DNA of 64,000 nucleotides, taken from positions 32,001 through 96,000 of the forward strand of contig JBHLPH010000002.1 of NCBI GenBank assembly GCA_048939625.1, in the 5' to 3' direction. This document shows, in pieces, positions 10,155 through 20,783 of the stretch; positions within the stretch are counted from its first letter, which is position 1; each line of letters opens with the position of its first letter. The stretch is from Promethearchaeota archaeon. GTDB taxonomy: Archaea; Asgardarchaeota; Hermodarchaeia; Hermodarchaeales; Hermodarchaeaceae. Below the pieces are notes generated by a model, which worked only from the letters and a program-made list of their open reading frames with translations, was not told the origin of the DNA and did not search any database. The position numbers and the translations under genes were made by a program.

Positions 10155-11143
10155 CCTTCAAGTTTCTCGAAGTCTTTTAGGAATTTTGTTAGTTCCATTT
10201 CTGTTGGAAGAGCAGTCATTGCACCCATTTTAGTGATTACCAACGATGCAACGGCAGTACCCCATAATACAGCTTTCTGAAAGGGTAACTGACGGACAAG
10301 GCCTGCTAATAGTCCAGCGTCATAGCCATCCCCAGCACCTGTAGTATCGACTACCTGAACCGGATATGGAGATTGAAAATATCCTTGCGTTTCACCACTG
10401 GAAGTTCTCTGAGAATTATAACTTCCTTGGCGCCCCCGTTTTACGCAGACAGTAGAAGGCCCATTTTCATGAGCAAGTAGAACCGCTGTATTAAGATCTG
10501 TTGTGTTCATTAGTATCGTCAATTCTTCTTCGGAGGGTAGAAAGATATCAGTATATTCAAGGAGTTCACGAATTGTATTCCGGCATTCCTTGATTCCTTT
10601 TTGCCAGAGAGCTAACCTGAGATTTGGATCAAAGGTGATTGTGGCACCATAATCGTGAGCAGTCTTTACGGCATACAAGGTTGCATCTCGGCTTGGTTGG
10701 CGAGTTAAACTTACACCTCCGACGTGAAGGTACTGGATGTTCTGTAACCAGTCGTGGGGTATATCGGTTTTCTGCAGGAGAATATCAGCACAAGGATTGC
10801 GATAAAAGAGAAAGTCTCGGTCGCCACTGGCAGACCGACTGACGAAGGTTAATGCCGTTGGGGCTTCGGTTGTCTGGGTAATCCCGTCCGTATTAACACG
10901 GTTTTGTTCTAATTGGGTTTTTACAAAATCCCCAAAGATATCAGTGCCGATTTTACCGATGAACCCAGTTGCCACATTTAAGCGTGCAAGGCCAACGGCA
11001 ACATTAGCTGGTGCCCCACCAGGATATTTATGGAAAGAACGAACAACGTTCAGGGTTCCGGTTTCTTTGGCGATGAAGTCGATAAGGGCCTCACCCAAGC
11101 AAGCGACGATGGGAGAACCTTTTTTTATGGAATAAGGAGTCAT
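10151..11143 (-). CDS. PfkB family carbohydrate kinase (fructokinase-like)
   Basis: GEALID, GGAPANVA, FDPNLR and DTTGAGD motifs. Confidence 0.93.
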   Translation of the reverse strand: MTPYSIKKGSPIVACLGEALIDFIAKETGTLNVVRSFHKYPGGAPANVAVGLARLNVATGFIGKIGTDIFGDFVKTQLEQNRVNTDGITQTTEAPTALTFVSRSASGDRDFLFYRNPCADILLQKTDIPHDWLQNIQYLHVGGVSLTRQPSRDATLYAVKTAHDYGATITFDPNLRLALWQKGIKECRNTIRELLEYTDIFLPSEEELTILMNTTDLNTAVLLAHENGPSTVCVKRGRQGSYNSQRTSSGETQGYFQSPYPVQVVDTTGAGDGYDAGLLAGLVRQLPFQKAVLWGTAVASLVITKMGAMTALPTEMELTKFLKDFEKLEG

Positions 11144-11169
11144 CAAAGGACCATTTCTTGTTTTATACA

Positions 11170-11940
11170 TTAAAATGTAAACTTCGTGTTATCTGAACCG
11201 ACATGAATCTCTCCCGCAAAATATCTTGCAGCTCCAGCGAATAAACTATGGTCATCTCGAGCCCGAGCGCGACTAGTATGGATTAAAACTAGCGTTTCTA
11301 CTCCTGCTTTAGCTGCATCCAGACCTGCACCTTCGGGACTGGAATGTCCTTTTGTGGCAGCGAAGTTATGGACAGCGGTGGGGAAAGTGGCGTCATGGAA
11401 TAGGGCCTTCGCGTCTTTGGCTAAAGCAAGGAGTGTTTTACAGTTTGGAGCTGTGTCTGGCACGATAACTACTTTTGTGTCACCCTGAATGATGCCGTAT
11501 CCCGCCGCCATTGTAGTATGACAAGCTGCTGCAGCCCACATTTCAGTGTTTGATTTAGGGAGCGTTATGAGATATTCTGGTTCATCAGGTGTAAAGGTTT
11601 CAAAATTAACGAAATCCGGAACCCCCGACGGATTATAGAACCGAATGAATCCGATAATATGATAAAATGCATTTTCAGGACAGAAAATCGTTAAAGGCTT
11701 TTTTCGGTGATTTCGTTTCATCCGACTAAGTAATGCACCTAGAAACATAATATGATCGGGGTGCCGATGTGTAATGAAGATATGACTTACTGAGAGAACA
11801 TCTTTTCGTCGTCCAAGTAGTCGCCGTGTCCCAGCATCGATAAGAATGCGATCGCCTTTTCCAAGGTTAATAAGGAAACTCGACCAGCTCCCCTTGATTG
11901 TGGGGATGAATGATGAGCTTCCTAAAACTTCAATTTGCAT
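11170..11940 (-). CDS. RNase Z-like metallo-beta-lactamase fold hydrolase
   Basis: LIDAG, THRHPDH, PDT, HDATF, GHSS and LIH motifs. Confidence 0.8.
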   Translation of the reverse strand: MQIEVLGSSSFIPTIKGSWSSFLINLGKGDRILIDAGTRRLLGRRKDVLSVSHIFITHRHPDHIMFLGALLSRMKRNHRKKPLTIFCPENAFYHIIGFIRFYNPSGVPDFVNFETFTPDEPEYLITLPKSNTEMWAAAACHTTMAAGYGIIQGDTKVVIVPDTAPNCKTLLALAKDAKALFHDATFPTAVHNFAATKGHSSPEGAGLDAAKAGVETLVLIHTSRARARDDHSLFAGAARYFAGEIHVGSDNTKFTF

Positions 11941-12027
11941 GGCGAATGGTCACAACCAGTTTATTTGAGTTCTAGCTCCGATGGGCAATAGGGGGTTTCT
12001 TATTCTAAAAGATTGAGGACTTACAGT

Positions 12028-12636
12028 TCAGTCATTTTCGGCTGAGTCATCCATTTCTGTCGGAATTTCCTCTGCTGAAATCGAGGGAGTTGCGGCGGTC
12101 TCCATCCGGGTAATTGTATAGAGGATACTTGCTAACAGCCATGTGGAATCTGAGTCAAGATGGCATTCAATTTGGTAGTGTAATGGCGCGGGTTTGTCTT
12201 TGAATCGAAGGCGACCAACAGAGGTTGTGGGTGTGCAGAGATGGACAATTTCGGGAGTGAGGGGGATGAAGCGGGCTATCACCTTCCGAGAAGATTCACG
12301 AACAAGAATAGTGGAAGAGGGGAGAGTTAGAAGAATGGATAATTGTTCTAGGTGACCTTTGTAGAGTGAGAATCGAGGAATACCATTAATAGAGGTTGAT
12401 TTGATTTTCATCGGAGGTGCTTTAGCCGGTTTGTAAGAGTGAAGCGTGTAAGAAATCGGTTTAGTAGGCTTTCTGGTCACTTTGTGAAATAGGGTTTGTT
12501 CCTTGTCCCTGACTTCAAGTTTCCAACCATTTGGATGCAGCAAAGGAGTCAGAATATACTGAAAGGGGCGTTGTGAGGCTGAGGAAGGTGGTGACACTTT
12601 CCCGAGTTCATCAGTATATGGCATAGAAGCAACCAC
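12028..12636 (-). CDS. Hypothetical protein (possible LURP-one/Tubby-like beta-barrel)
   Basis: Repeated short beta-strands ending in a hydrophobic helix (WLLASILYTI); co-oriented with neighbours. Confidence 0.45.
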   Translation of the reverse strand: MVASMPYTDELGKVSPPSSASQRPFQYILTPLLHPNGWKLEVRDKEQTLFHKVTRKPTKPISYTLHSYKPAKAPPMKIKSTSINGIPRFSLYKGHLEQLSILLTLPSSTILVRESSRKVIARFIPLTPEIVHLCTPTTSVGRLRFKDKPAPLHYQIECHLDSDSTWLLASILYTITRMETAATPSISAEEIPTEMDDSAEND

Positions 12637-12644
12637 AGAGGCTT

Positions 12645-14252
12645 TTAGGGGAGAGGTGGGGTGATTCTTTCACCTCGTGGATATTCAACCTGAAAGGAGT
12701 AGTTGATTTTGGTTTCTCCCTCTTTGGGGATTTCGATTTCCCAAGTGAGGATACCTAACTCATTTTTATTCGGTTGTGGGGAAAACTTCTGGTCCTCAAT
12801 TTTGATGATTTCTGAATCGCTGTGGGGGATCCGATCCATGATTTTGATTGCACTCATTTTTGAGCGGAAGTTTTTGATGGTTAATTCGTAAGCATAGTCT
12901 CGGGCTACATTGCCTTTCAGCAATCCCTTCTTTTCAGTACTCTTGGAAACGAGTTTCTTTTCCACTTTTAGATCGTAGGAGAAGCGCATGCCTACATCGA
13001 CTTTTTCGTTGGGTGCGATGAGTCCAAGATGAGTTTCACCGAGGTATTCATCTTGGAAGTAGATTCGAGCCCGTCCAGGGAGCAACACACTGGCACCATT
13101 TTCAATCGTAGTTACTTCAATGGCCTCAGCAAAATCTACCGCGTTCCAAAAGAATTTTCGTTCAGCTTCAAGAGTAAGTTGACTGGTTGGAAAAGCATGG
13201 GGCTCACCATCCGCTGCGACCTTCACAGGATCTGGTAATAAAAACACATAAACGCCACCTACTTCCATTGCAGTTGCAGTGACAGGTGGAGGCGCCATAT
13301 CGGGGAGTGGTTCTTCTGGTACCATTTCTAATTCGGCAACTTCAAATTCATCAGTTGCAGCTCCAGAGGCAGCAGGTGCAGCCATTTTCGCAGCCTTCAT
13401 CCTTTCCCGTCGTGGTGCCGGGGGTGGAGGATGATAGATTGAAACAAAGTAGGGTGAAGGCTCAGTGATTGATGCAGTACGTCTAGAGGCTGTTGATACG
13501 GTAAGATTCACTTTCTCCCAGTCTTCTTGAGTGTTATTCTGAACCACCGTGTACATGGTGACTTCGGTTGAGTCCTCAGAGAGAACGAAATCATATGTAG
13601 GCTCCCAGTAGGCATTACTGACAAAATAGGAGATGTTAAACTCACATTTACCTAACTTATGGGCATCAACATTTACGAACACGCTGTTGCTAATTTCGTA
13701 TTGATTCATTTCACTTCGAAACTTTTCGATTTCACGGTTCAGGATCGCGATTTCCTTCTGGATATCTTCCCGCTTTTCTTGAAGTTTCATTTGTGATTGG
13801 GTGAGTGAATCAACTTGTGTCGTCACCAAAGTTTCTAGCGAGCTAAGTTGGTCAACATTACTTTCGCCTGCAGGGATCCACCGGGAAAATTCACCTGCAG
13901 AGTTATCCAGAACTTGTGTATAGAAGTTCATCCGACGGGTTAATCGTTGGAGTTCACTTTGAATTGATGTAAGTTGCTTTTGTAAATTTTCACGTTTCTT
14001 GATGAGGGTGTCAAGTTTATCATAACCGCTTACCTCGACAGTTGTGTCAACCGTGTCGAAACTCACAATGGTGGCGTGGCCACGCCCGGATACTCGTACA
14101 CTTTCCTTGTCTAAAAAGCGGGTGAGATTTGCGATTTCAAGTTTATGGGCGCCGGGTTTTAATTCAATATGTCCTGTCCGTTCGATTTTGGCACCATTTC
14201 GATAAATCGTGACAGCTTTAATTTTGGTATCAAGTTTAGGTAATTTTGCCAT
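12645..14252 (-). CDS. DUF4140/DUF4139 (MuiA-like) protein
   Basis: IKAVTIYRNGAKIER, SVRVSG, coiled coil, YFVSNAYWEPTY, QNNTQEDW and DRIP motifs. Confidence 0.88.
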   Translation of the reverse strand: MAKLPKLDTKIKAVTIYRNGAKIERTGHIELKPGAHKLEIANLTRFLDKESVRVSGRGHATIVSFDTVDTTVEVSGYDKLDTLIKKRENLQKQLTSIQSELQRLTRRMNFYTQVLDNSAGEFSRWIPAGESNVDQLSSLETLVTTQVDSLTQSQMKLQEKREDIQKEIAILNREIEKFRSEMNQYEISNSVFVNVDAHKLGKCEFNISYFVSNAYWEPTYDFVLSEDSTEVTMYTVVQNNTQEDWEKVNLTVSTASRRTASITEPSPYFVSIYHPPPPAPRRERMKAAKMAAPAASGAATDEFEVAELEMVPEEPLPDMAPPPVTATAMEVGGVYVFLLPDPVKVAADGEPHAFPTSQLTLEAERKFFWNAVDFAEAIEVTTIENGASVLLPGRARIYFQDEYLGETHLGLIAPNEKVDVGMRFSYDLKVEKKLVSKSTEKKGLLKGNVARDYAYELTIKNFRSKMSAIKIMDRIPHSDSEIIKIEDQKFSPQPNKNELGILTWEIEIPKEGETKINYSFQVEYPRGERITPPLP

Positions 14253-14353
14253 GTCCGTCTACCTCGATATTCAAAGAATCTGAGACTGTCTTTCAGGCTA
14301 GGAATTCATCCGTAAAAACCTTCTGGGTCTTTTTCCTATTCTAAGAGAATCAG

Positions 14354-16783
14354 TTATTTCAGGAGGTGAAGTTCCCGTCGTTTACGTGTGTCAGGAAAAA
14401 CGACTCTGACTGTCTTGTCATGAGTCTGCCAGAACCAACCTTGAGTTGATTTCTTGAACGAGGTTTCATCAGAGATGGATGCAAGCATTTCTCCATCCAG
14501 CGTAATATGGTTTGGTGGTTGACTGAAGCACCGAAAGATTAAGACATAGATTCGGTTTGCTGGGGTAAAGCTTCCATCAGGCAATTGAATCGTAAAGATA
14601 ACTCCTTGGGGCTCTGTGTAGCACCAGTATTGCGTGGTAACGTAGTCACCATTTTGATAATCGAGGGAGTGATAGTCGTCTTCATAATGGCAGTACTCGA
14701 TTCCATCTTCACAGTCCAGACAAGGATAGATGTCCAACTGAATCTGATTCACGGCTTCATCCGAATGCTGCACCACGGGTTGAAGTGGTAGAATGCATCC
14801 ACGGCGAATAAAAATGGGACAGACCGTTAAGGGAGTTGGAACTGTGATTGTGGTTGGACCACGATAGGTCTCTTGGCTATGGGGATCAAACCAGTCACCC
14901 TCGGGAAGATAGACTTGTCGAGTAGTAAGACCCTGCTGAAGAACCGGTGCCACTAGGACCGAAGGCCCAAGTAAGAATTCGTCTTCGATGCTATGACAGC
15001 GATCATCTGAAGGAAATTCGAGAATAAGTGGCCGCATTATCGGAACGCCCGTTAGTGAGGCATCTCGAGTAATATCATAAAGGTACGGTAATAGCATATA
15101 ACGGAAAGAGATGAACCGTCGGCTGATTTCTTCGACTTCAGACCCGAATTCCCAAGGTTCCTGATTGGGAGTGCCGTTTGCAGTATGGTTGCGACAAAGT
15201 GGACTGAACACCCCTAGCTGGTTCCATCGTGTGAATAATTCGGGTGTTGGCGCCTGATAGAATCCCCCAATGTCACTGCCAATTAAGGGGATTCCAGCCA
15301 TTCCGAGATTCAATAATTGGGGAACTGTTTGTTCAAGATGTTCCCAAGTACTATGATTGTCGTGGGTCCACACAGCAGCATATCTTTGAATTCCCGCCCA
15401 TCCTGCTCGTGAGAGAATCCAAGGACGTGCATTAGGACGACCCTTCAACATCCCAGCATAGGTAGCCTGGGTCATGGCTAGCCCGTAGAGGTTGTGAACT
15501 TCAGCATTAGTGTAGGCGTGTTTTTCATCCGAGTGTATGATTTTAGCCATTTCCTCATATTCGGGTGTAAGAAAGACCTGGGGTTCATTTAGGTCATCCC
15601 AAATCGCTGCAATTCCGAAGTCAAGTAATGGTTTGTGGAGATTCGCCCACCATTCACGCACTTCGGGGTTGAGGAAATTCGGGAAAACAGATTGAGTAGG
15701 CCAAGTGGTTCCAATGAAGAGTTCGCCGTCTTGTTTACGAAGAAAATAATCGTGTTTAATGCCTTCTTGATAGACGGTGTACTGATCATCTACTTTTACA
15801 CCAGGATCGATAATGGTAATCACTTTGAAGCCATCATTCCTCAAATCATCAATCAAGGCTTGGGGGTCTGGGAAGCTCAGGGGATTCCAGGTGAATACTC
15901 GATACTCGTCCATATAGTCGATGTCAATCCATATTCCATCACATGGAATCTTGCGGTTGCGTAGTTCGGAGGCAATTTCTCGGACCCGTTTATCGGGGGT
16001 ATAGCTCCAGCGACATTGGTGATAACCTAGAACCCAACGAGGGGGCAAAGACATCTGGCCGGTTAGTTGACTATAGCTATAGAGGACTTGTTTCGGATCC
16101 GGACCAACGATAAAGTAGTAATCAAGTTCGGTATCATTAGCGGTAATGATGTAGTTTTTGGAATCAGTCGCCCCCATGTCAAAGATAGATTTTGCAGGTG
16201 TGTCCAGATAGATGCCGTAGGCGGTGCCATTTTGAATAGCGATGAAGAAAGGCACACAGGTAGAGAGAGGATCTGAGGTGAGATCATAAATTTGGTAATG
16301 ATTCCACATTTCCATGCGGGTGCCTCGTTTGTCAAAGCGACCCGTTTTGTGTCCGAAACCGTAGAAGTGTGATTTTTCTGAGAGTGTCTTCGAGAGCCGA
16401 ATCTGATTAGCAGAGAACAACATACCTGTCGGGTGACTATCTTCTACAATGGTAATTCCTTGAAGATCTAAGAAGCTAAGCCGACATGGACTCCGATACA
16501 CCTGAATATGCATGGTGGGTGATTGGATTTGCCAGCCTGATTTGGTTTCTTGGATTTCCAAGTGACCCACTATTTCTTTTGAAGGTGGAAGAACAATGAA
16601 GGAGGAAGTTTCCTTGAACGACGTCTGGGAAGTTGCTTGGATACGAAGTACATGTTTGTCATGTAATGATAACCTGAGGATGGCGTTGGTGCATTGAAAC
16701 GTGACAGCGGTTTCGTCGACATCAATCTGGGTAACATCCCCGATGGAAGTGAAAGTTGTTTGGAGTTCTTTATTGTGGGTCAT
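14354..16783 (-). CDS. Glycoside hydrolase family 31 (alpha-glucosidase-like)
   Basis: GYHQCRWSY, IDIDYMD, WDDLNEP (nucleophile), WTHDN (acid/base), GSDIGGF and PIMRPL motifs. Confidence 0.95.
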   Translation of the reverse strand: MTHNKELQTTFTSIGDVTQIDVDETAVTFQCTNAILRLSLHDKHVLRIQATSQTSFKETSSFIVLPPSKEIVGHLEIQETKSGWQIQSPTMHIQVYRSPCRLSFLDLQGITIVEDSHPTGMLFSANQIRLSKTLSEKSHFYGFGHKTGRFDKRGTRMEMWNHYQIYDLTSDPLSTCVPFFIAIQNGTAYGIYLDTPAKSIFDMGATDSKNYIITANDTELDYYFIVGPDPKQVLYSYSQLTGQMSLPPRWVLGYHQCRWSYTPDKRVREIASELRNRKIPCDGIWIDIDYMDEYRVFTWNPLSFPDPQALIDDLRNDGFKVITIIDPGVKVDDQYTVYQEGIKHDYFLRKQDGELFIGTTWPTQSVFPNFLNPEVREWWANLHKPLLDFGIAAIWDDLNEPQVFLTPEYEEMAKIIHSDEKHAYTNAEVHNLYGLAMTQATYAGMLKGRPNARPWILSRAGWAGIQRYAAVWTHDNHSTWEHLEQTVPQLLNLGMAGIPLIGSDIGGFYQAPTPELFTRWNQLGVFSPLCRNHTANGTPNQEPWEFGSEVEEISRRFISFRYMLLPYLYDITRDASLTGVPIMRPLILEFPSDDRCHSIEDEFLLGPSVLVAPVLQQGLTTRQVYLPEGDWFDPHSQETYRGPTTITVPTPLTVCPIFIRRGCILPLQPVVQHSDEAVNQIQLDIYPCLDCEDGIEYCHYEDDYHSLDYQNGDYVTTQYWCYTEPQGVIFTIQLPDGSFTPANRIYVLIFRCFSQPPNHITLDGEMLASISDETSFKKSTQGWFWQTHDKTVRVVFPDTRKRRELHLLK

Positions 16784-17565
16784 TTGTTTTCACTAGCCTC
16801 CATCGATGGGGGCCTTGGGGTGAGGAGTCCATAGTCCTGTATCAATGGTATTTCTGTTCGTGGGAGCAGGCGAAGCAGACTAAATCCCACCGTGATAGAA
16901 AATAGTGTTCCTAGAACGACTTTAGTGGGTGTGATTATCCCTGCGGTGATCCATATCCAGTAGAGGGCATCAGGAGTTAACCCATAAAAAAGCCAATAGG
17001 TCTGCCCGGGAACCAGTACAAATACACGAAATAGGATATCTGCTTCAAGCCCGATAATCGCTGCAAAAAGGAGCAGAAACCATACACTTGTCCAACGATT
17101 CGATGGCCACCAGCTGCGACTCATTAAAATAGAGAACAGAAGAAGAAGCCCAAAGGCAAGTAAAATATCCCAGATTCCGATGATCGGTAAAGTCCAAGAC
17201 ACAGGATACAGGAGATAACCACCCAGCAATATGGCGTATATGACGAGCACTGGTTTCCAGCGTCGTTGAAAAATGAGAGCGGCACATAAGGTTCCGACAC
17301 ACGCGCCTAGCATGAAAACTAGCTCAAAGGGATCTCGAAAATAGATGATGTGCCCAAGCAGACTGCCGAATCCTACTGCGAGGAATCCAAAGAATGGACC
17401 CAGTAATACCCCGATGAGGGGGCCAAACAGAAAAATCCAGGAATCCCAGATGCCCCCATAAAACCCAGGAAGCATGGGGATAACATCGAAGACTGTAATA
17501 AGCGCAATAAACACTGCGAGATAGGCGACTATACGACTCCGGATTTTTCCTATTTCGAGCACCAT
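16780..17565 (-). CDS. Integral membrane protein (ECF S-component-like)
   Basis: Multiple TMs with PLIGVLLGPFFG..A...G pattern. Confidence 0.55.
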   Translation of the reverse strand: MVLEIGKIRSRIVAYLAVFIALITVFDVIPMLPGFYGGIWDSWIFLFGPLIGVLLGPFFGFLAVGFGSLLGHIIYFRDPFELVFMLGACVGTLCAALIFQRRWKPVLVIYAILLGGYLLYPVSWTLPIIGIWDILLAFGLLLLFSILMSRSWWPSNRWTSVWFLLLFAAIIGLEADILFRVFVLVPGQTYWLFYGLTPDALYWIWITAGIITPTKVVLGTLFSITVGFSLLRLLPRTEIPLIQDYGLLTPRPPSMEASENK

Positions 17566-17625
17566 ATCGTCCGCTTACCCCTATCTTCGTGATTTAAGCT
17601 CTCGTCTCATTCTAGCGACTGATTG

Positions 17626-18324
17626 TTAAAGCACTTGCCGAGCAAATTGAAGCGATAGTTTGATTTCACGCTGCCCATCTTTCATCGCAATGCCCATGTG
17701 CCCGGGAAGCAGCATCTCAACGGGCAAACTTGCTAGACGTTCAATGGATTCTTTGAGAATCTGTCCGTTTCCTGTGGGAAAGTCGACTCTACCAAAGGAC
17801 CCATGACGAAATACCACATCCCCTGAAATCAACAACTTGTGTTTCGGTTCAAAGAAGCATAAACTGCCAGCACTATGTCCAGGCGTGAGCAATACTTCGA
17901 AGGAATATTGTCCGACTTCGATTTTATCCCCTTCGTGGAGTTTCTTGGCAACTGGGATTGGGGGCAGGCGTTGTCCCAACATACTCCCCAAAACAATAGT
18001 GTCATCGCCTTTCTCCAGAAGCGTTCCCTCCTCTTCTGACACCCACACTTTAAGATCTTTTAGTCGTCCTTTAAATTCGGGAACTGACCCTGAATGATCT
18101 AAATGTGTATGCGTCAAAATGAGCCGGTCCATCTGTTTGAGATCCAATCCTAACTCGTTAATCGCCTCAACGGTATCTTTGAAAAAATGATGAATTCCAG
18201 CATCAAATAACACAAACTGATCTCCATCTTTAACTAAGAAGATATTACTATCCGGTAGCATTCCTTCCCGCGCCATAATCCAATAAAAATCATCCAAGAC
18301 TTTTTGAACTGTTTTTGCAGCCAT
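17626..18324 (-). CDS. MBL-fold hydrolase (glyoxalase II-like)
   Basis: THTHLDH, TPGHSAGS, SGD and PGH motifs. Confidence 0.9.
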   Translation of the reverse strand: MAAKTVQKVLDDFYWIMAREGMLPDSNIFLVKDGDQFVLFDAGIHHFFKDTVEAINELGLDLKQMDRLILTHTHLDHSGSVPEFKGRLKDLKVWVSEEEGTLLEKGDDTIVLGSMLGQRLPPIPVAKKLHEGDKIEVGQYSFEVLLTPGHSAGSLCFFEPKHKLLISGDVVFRHGSFGRVDFPTGNGQILKESIERLASLPVEMLLPGHMGIAMKDGQREIKLSLQFARQVL

Positions 18325-18632
18325 CGCGATTAACACCACTGAGGTATGCATCAAGAAGTTGATTATTTCAGCTAGCGTTCCGTCTGCTGACCTTCATCAA
18401 AAGCTTTTGCCACTTGCCTCCTTGTCTTCGTCTTTAAATCCCCCGATAATATCCAGACCTAGAACCAGATGATATGCAGATACATACCAAAGGAGTACCC
18501 ACCCTTATACTCAAATCTGCGACAAGAACTGATGAGCTCTCCCAGATCCAAAACGGATCGTGAAGAGACTAACCTCTCTTCGTCCCAGTCCTTAAGGCCC
18601 GCAAGGGCCTTAACCTCTTTTTTGCGCGAATC

Positions 18633-19205
18633 TTATCGTTCAGCAAACCGCTGTTCAAGCCACGGATCTGCGCCTTGATGATAACCCCGTTTCTCCCAAA
18701 AGCCCAGTACAGCTTCTGTTAGAAAACTGATTCGCCGCACCCATTTCACACTTTTCCAAGCATAAAGCCGTGGAACAACGAGGCGAAGGGGCCAGCCGTC
18801 TTCAATGCGGAGTGGCTCATCATTACGGTTCCAAGCCAAGATTACGTCATCTTCCATCGCAACTTCCAAATTGATGCCTGATGTGTACTCGTGTTCCGCG
18901 TAAAAGAGAACAAATGTTGCTGAAGGTTTTGGCTTCACAATTTTAGTAATTTCTTTGAAAAGCACACCTTCCCACTTATTATCAGGCACCGACCAGGTCT
19001 CAACGCAATGGAAATCACTGAGCTGGGTTGTCACGGGAAGGGTCTTTAGTTCCTCGTAGGAGAAGGTATGGGGGTTTTTGACTTCACCATTGACGGTGAG
19101 AGTCCAAGTTTCGGGATTGAAGGGTTCTGGCATGCGTTCGGCAGTGCGGACAGGAAATCCGGTAATCCATCGTTGACCGGGTGGGAGGCGGGGTTTCCGT
19201 GACAT
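18633..19205 (-). CDS. Sulfite oxidase-like molybdopterin oxidoreductase
   Basis: LPPGQ, DFHCVETWS, GWPLRLVVP..YAWKSVKW and GFWEKRGYH motifs. Confidence 0.92.
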   Translation of the reverse strand: MSRKPRLPPGQRWITGFPVRTAERMPEPFNPETWTLTVNGEVKNPHTFSYEELKTLPVTTQLSDFHCVETWSVPDNKWEGVLFKEITKIVKPKPSATFVLFYAEHEYTSGINLEVAMEDDVILAWNRNDEPLRIEDGWPLRLVVPRLYAWKSVKWVRRISFLTEAVLGFWEKRGYHQGADPWLEQRFAER

Positions 19206-19354
19206 GGACGTGACCTCGGTAGATGTCTCGCACGGTTAGAGTTCATATAACCTTCGGATTATCCTTTGACTCTTCTATATTGAGTGGAGATGCCGCATTG
19301 AGTAGGAATAAAAAGTCTGCTGTCAGGATTCAAAGAGTTCTGGAGGCTTCACAT

Positions 19355-19585
19355 ATGAGAAGTTACTTGACAATATATGTGAGTAGCGAGGGTGCAGCGC
19401 CTAGCGAAGTCGTTGAGCGACTCATGCGGATGGGGTTTCAGCCTGTGGCAGGAAATTACGATTTTGTTATCGAGTGGGATGAGAACGGCACGGTGCAGGA
19501 TATGATTGAGGTGGCGAATCAGGTCCATGCTACGCTGAAGGGCTGCAAGGTTATTTTCAAGATGGAATCAGTCCCGTCGAAGTGA
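19355..19585 (+). CDS. Conserved small archaeal protein (ferredoxin-like fold)
   Basis: MRSYLTIYVSSEGAAPSEV..L..GF....G.YDF pattern; GGAGG upstream of ATG 19355. Confidence 0.7.
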   Translation: MRSYLTIYVSSEGAAPSEVVERLMRMGFQPVAGNYDFVIEWDENGTVQDMIEVANQVHATLKGCKVIFKMESVPSK

Positions 19586-19600
19586 GATTTAAGACCTTCA

Positions 19601-20710
19601 TTATTCGATGACTTTCCTGAGGAACTTACCGTTTTTGTAGAAGAGCTCATTATCCGCAAAGATCTTCCCGTCTTTAGTCATATCCGCGAGAATATCCCAA
19701 TGAATGGCTGATTCGTTTTTGCCACCACTTTCCTCAAAGCCATTACCAAGAGCGCAGTGGATTGTTCCAGTGAGTTTCTCATCGAAGAGAATGTTTTTCG
19801 TGAACTTTGTGATGCCAGGATTCGTTCCAATTGCGATTTCACCGAGTCGCTTCGCTCCATCATCAATACTCAGTATGTGATCGAGCAGGTCTTGTCCCTC
19901 CTCGGCAGTGGCTTTGGTGACTACTCCCTTCTCGAAGGTAAGGGTAATGTCTTCGACTTCTTTTCCCATGAAAATACCTGGATACGAAAACCGGATGGTG
20001 CCTTCGACACTATCTTCGATAGGAGATGTGAATACCTCGCCATCGGGCATATTCAAGTGTCCGTCGGCGTTGACCCAATTTCGACCAGTGACTTTGGCTG
20101 TGAGGTCGACGTCGCTACTTTCGAAGCGGATCGTGTTCTTGGTGTTGAGATAATTGGTGATTTTGGCTTGTTTTTTACTTAGTTGTTGCCAGAGTTTCAC
20201 AGGGTTAGGTTTGTCCACGAGGCACGCTTTGTAGACAAATTCTTCGTATTCCTCAGTGCCCATGTTACCCTCTTGAGCCAGGCTGGATGAGGGGTAGGGA
20301 ACGAGGGCGTACCAACCCTGTTTGAGTCGAGCAGTAAATCGTTTGTGGATTTCAGTTTGCGCTTTTGCTGCACGAGCTTGTTTTGCTGGGTCAACGTTAG
20401 CCATCGCTTTTCGGTTATCAGATGAGAAGACGACGAGGTAACTGTCGAGTTTGTCAATCATTTCGAGGATTATTGGATTAACGTAATCGAGTTGGTGGTC
20501 TTGGGCATATTTGAAAAAGATTTCTTGCGCACGGGGAAGATAAATCCTAGTAAAGGGGTGACCGCCAGCTTTCATGATTTCCCGGGATAATTCGAGGACT
20601 AAGGGTTCAGCAAAAGCAGGGGCGCTCACTCCGACTAAATCACCTTTTTTGACGCCGAGTGAGTATTCAACGGTGAGTTGAGCTAATCGTGAAATACGCT
20701 CATCAACCAT
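19601..20710 (-). CDS. M29 aminopeptidase (AmpS/AmpT-like)
   Basis: NMPDGEVF, LGEIAIG, LFDEK..GTIHCALG and SAIHWD motifs; start taken at MVDER. Confidence 0.93.
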   Translation of the reverse strand: MVDERISRLAQLTVEYSLGVKKGDLVGVSAPAFAEPLVLELSREIMKAGGHPFTRIYLPRAQEIFFKYAQDHQLDYVNPIILEMIDKLDSYLVVFSSDNRKAMANVDPAKQARAAKAQTEIHKRFTARLKQGWYALVPYPSSSLAQEGNMGTEEYEEFVYKACLVDKPNPVKLWQQLSKKQAKITNYLNTKNTIRFESSDVDLTAKVTGRNWVNADGHLNMPDGEVFTSPIEDSVEGTIRFSYPGIFMGKEVEDITLTFEKGVVTKATAEEGQDLLDHILSIDDGAKRLGEIAIGTNPGITKFTKNILFDEKLTGTIHCALGNGFEESGGKNESAIHWDILADMTKDGKIFADNELFYKNGKFLRKVIE

Positions 20711-20783
20711 AGTATGTTCACCTTGAAGGTGGTCGTGAATATGCGATGTTAATTGGAAAAAGGTTTGCATTAGAACCATACGC

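Noticed and set aside
18525-18590. Hammerhead ribozyme, SECIS or C/D guide at CTGATGAG
   Set aside because: No correctly placed GAAA core, no in-frame UGA in neighbouring genes, and no convincing rRNA complement.
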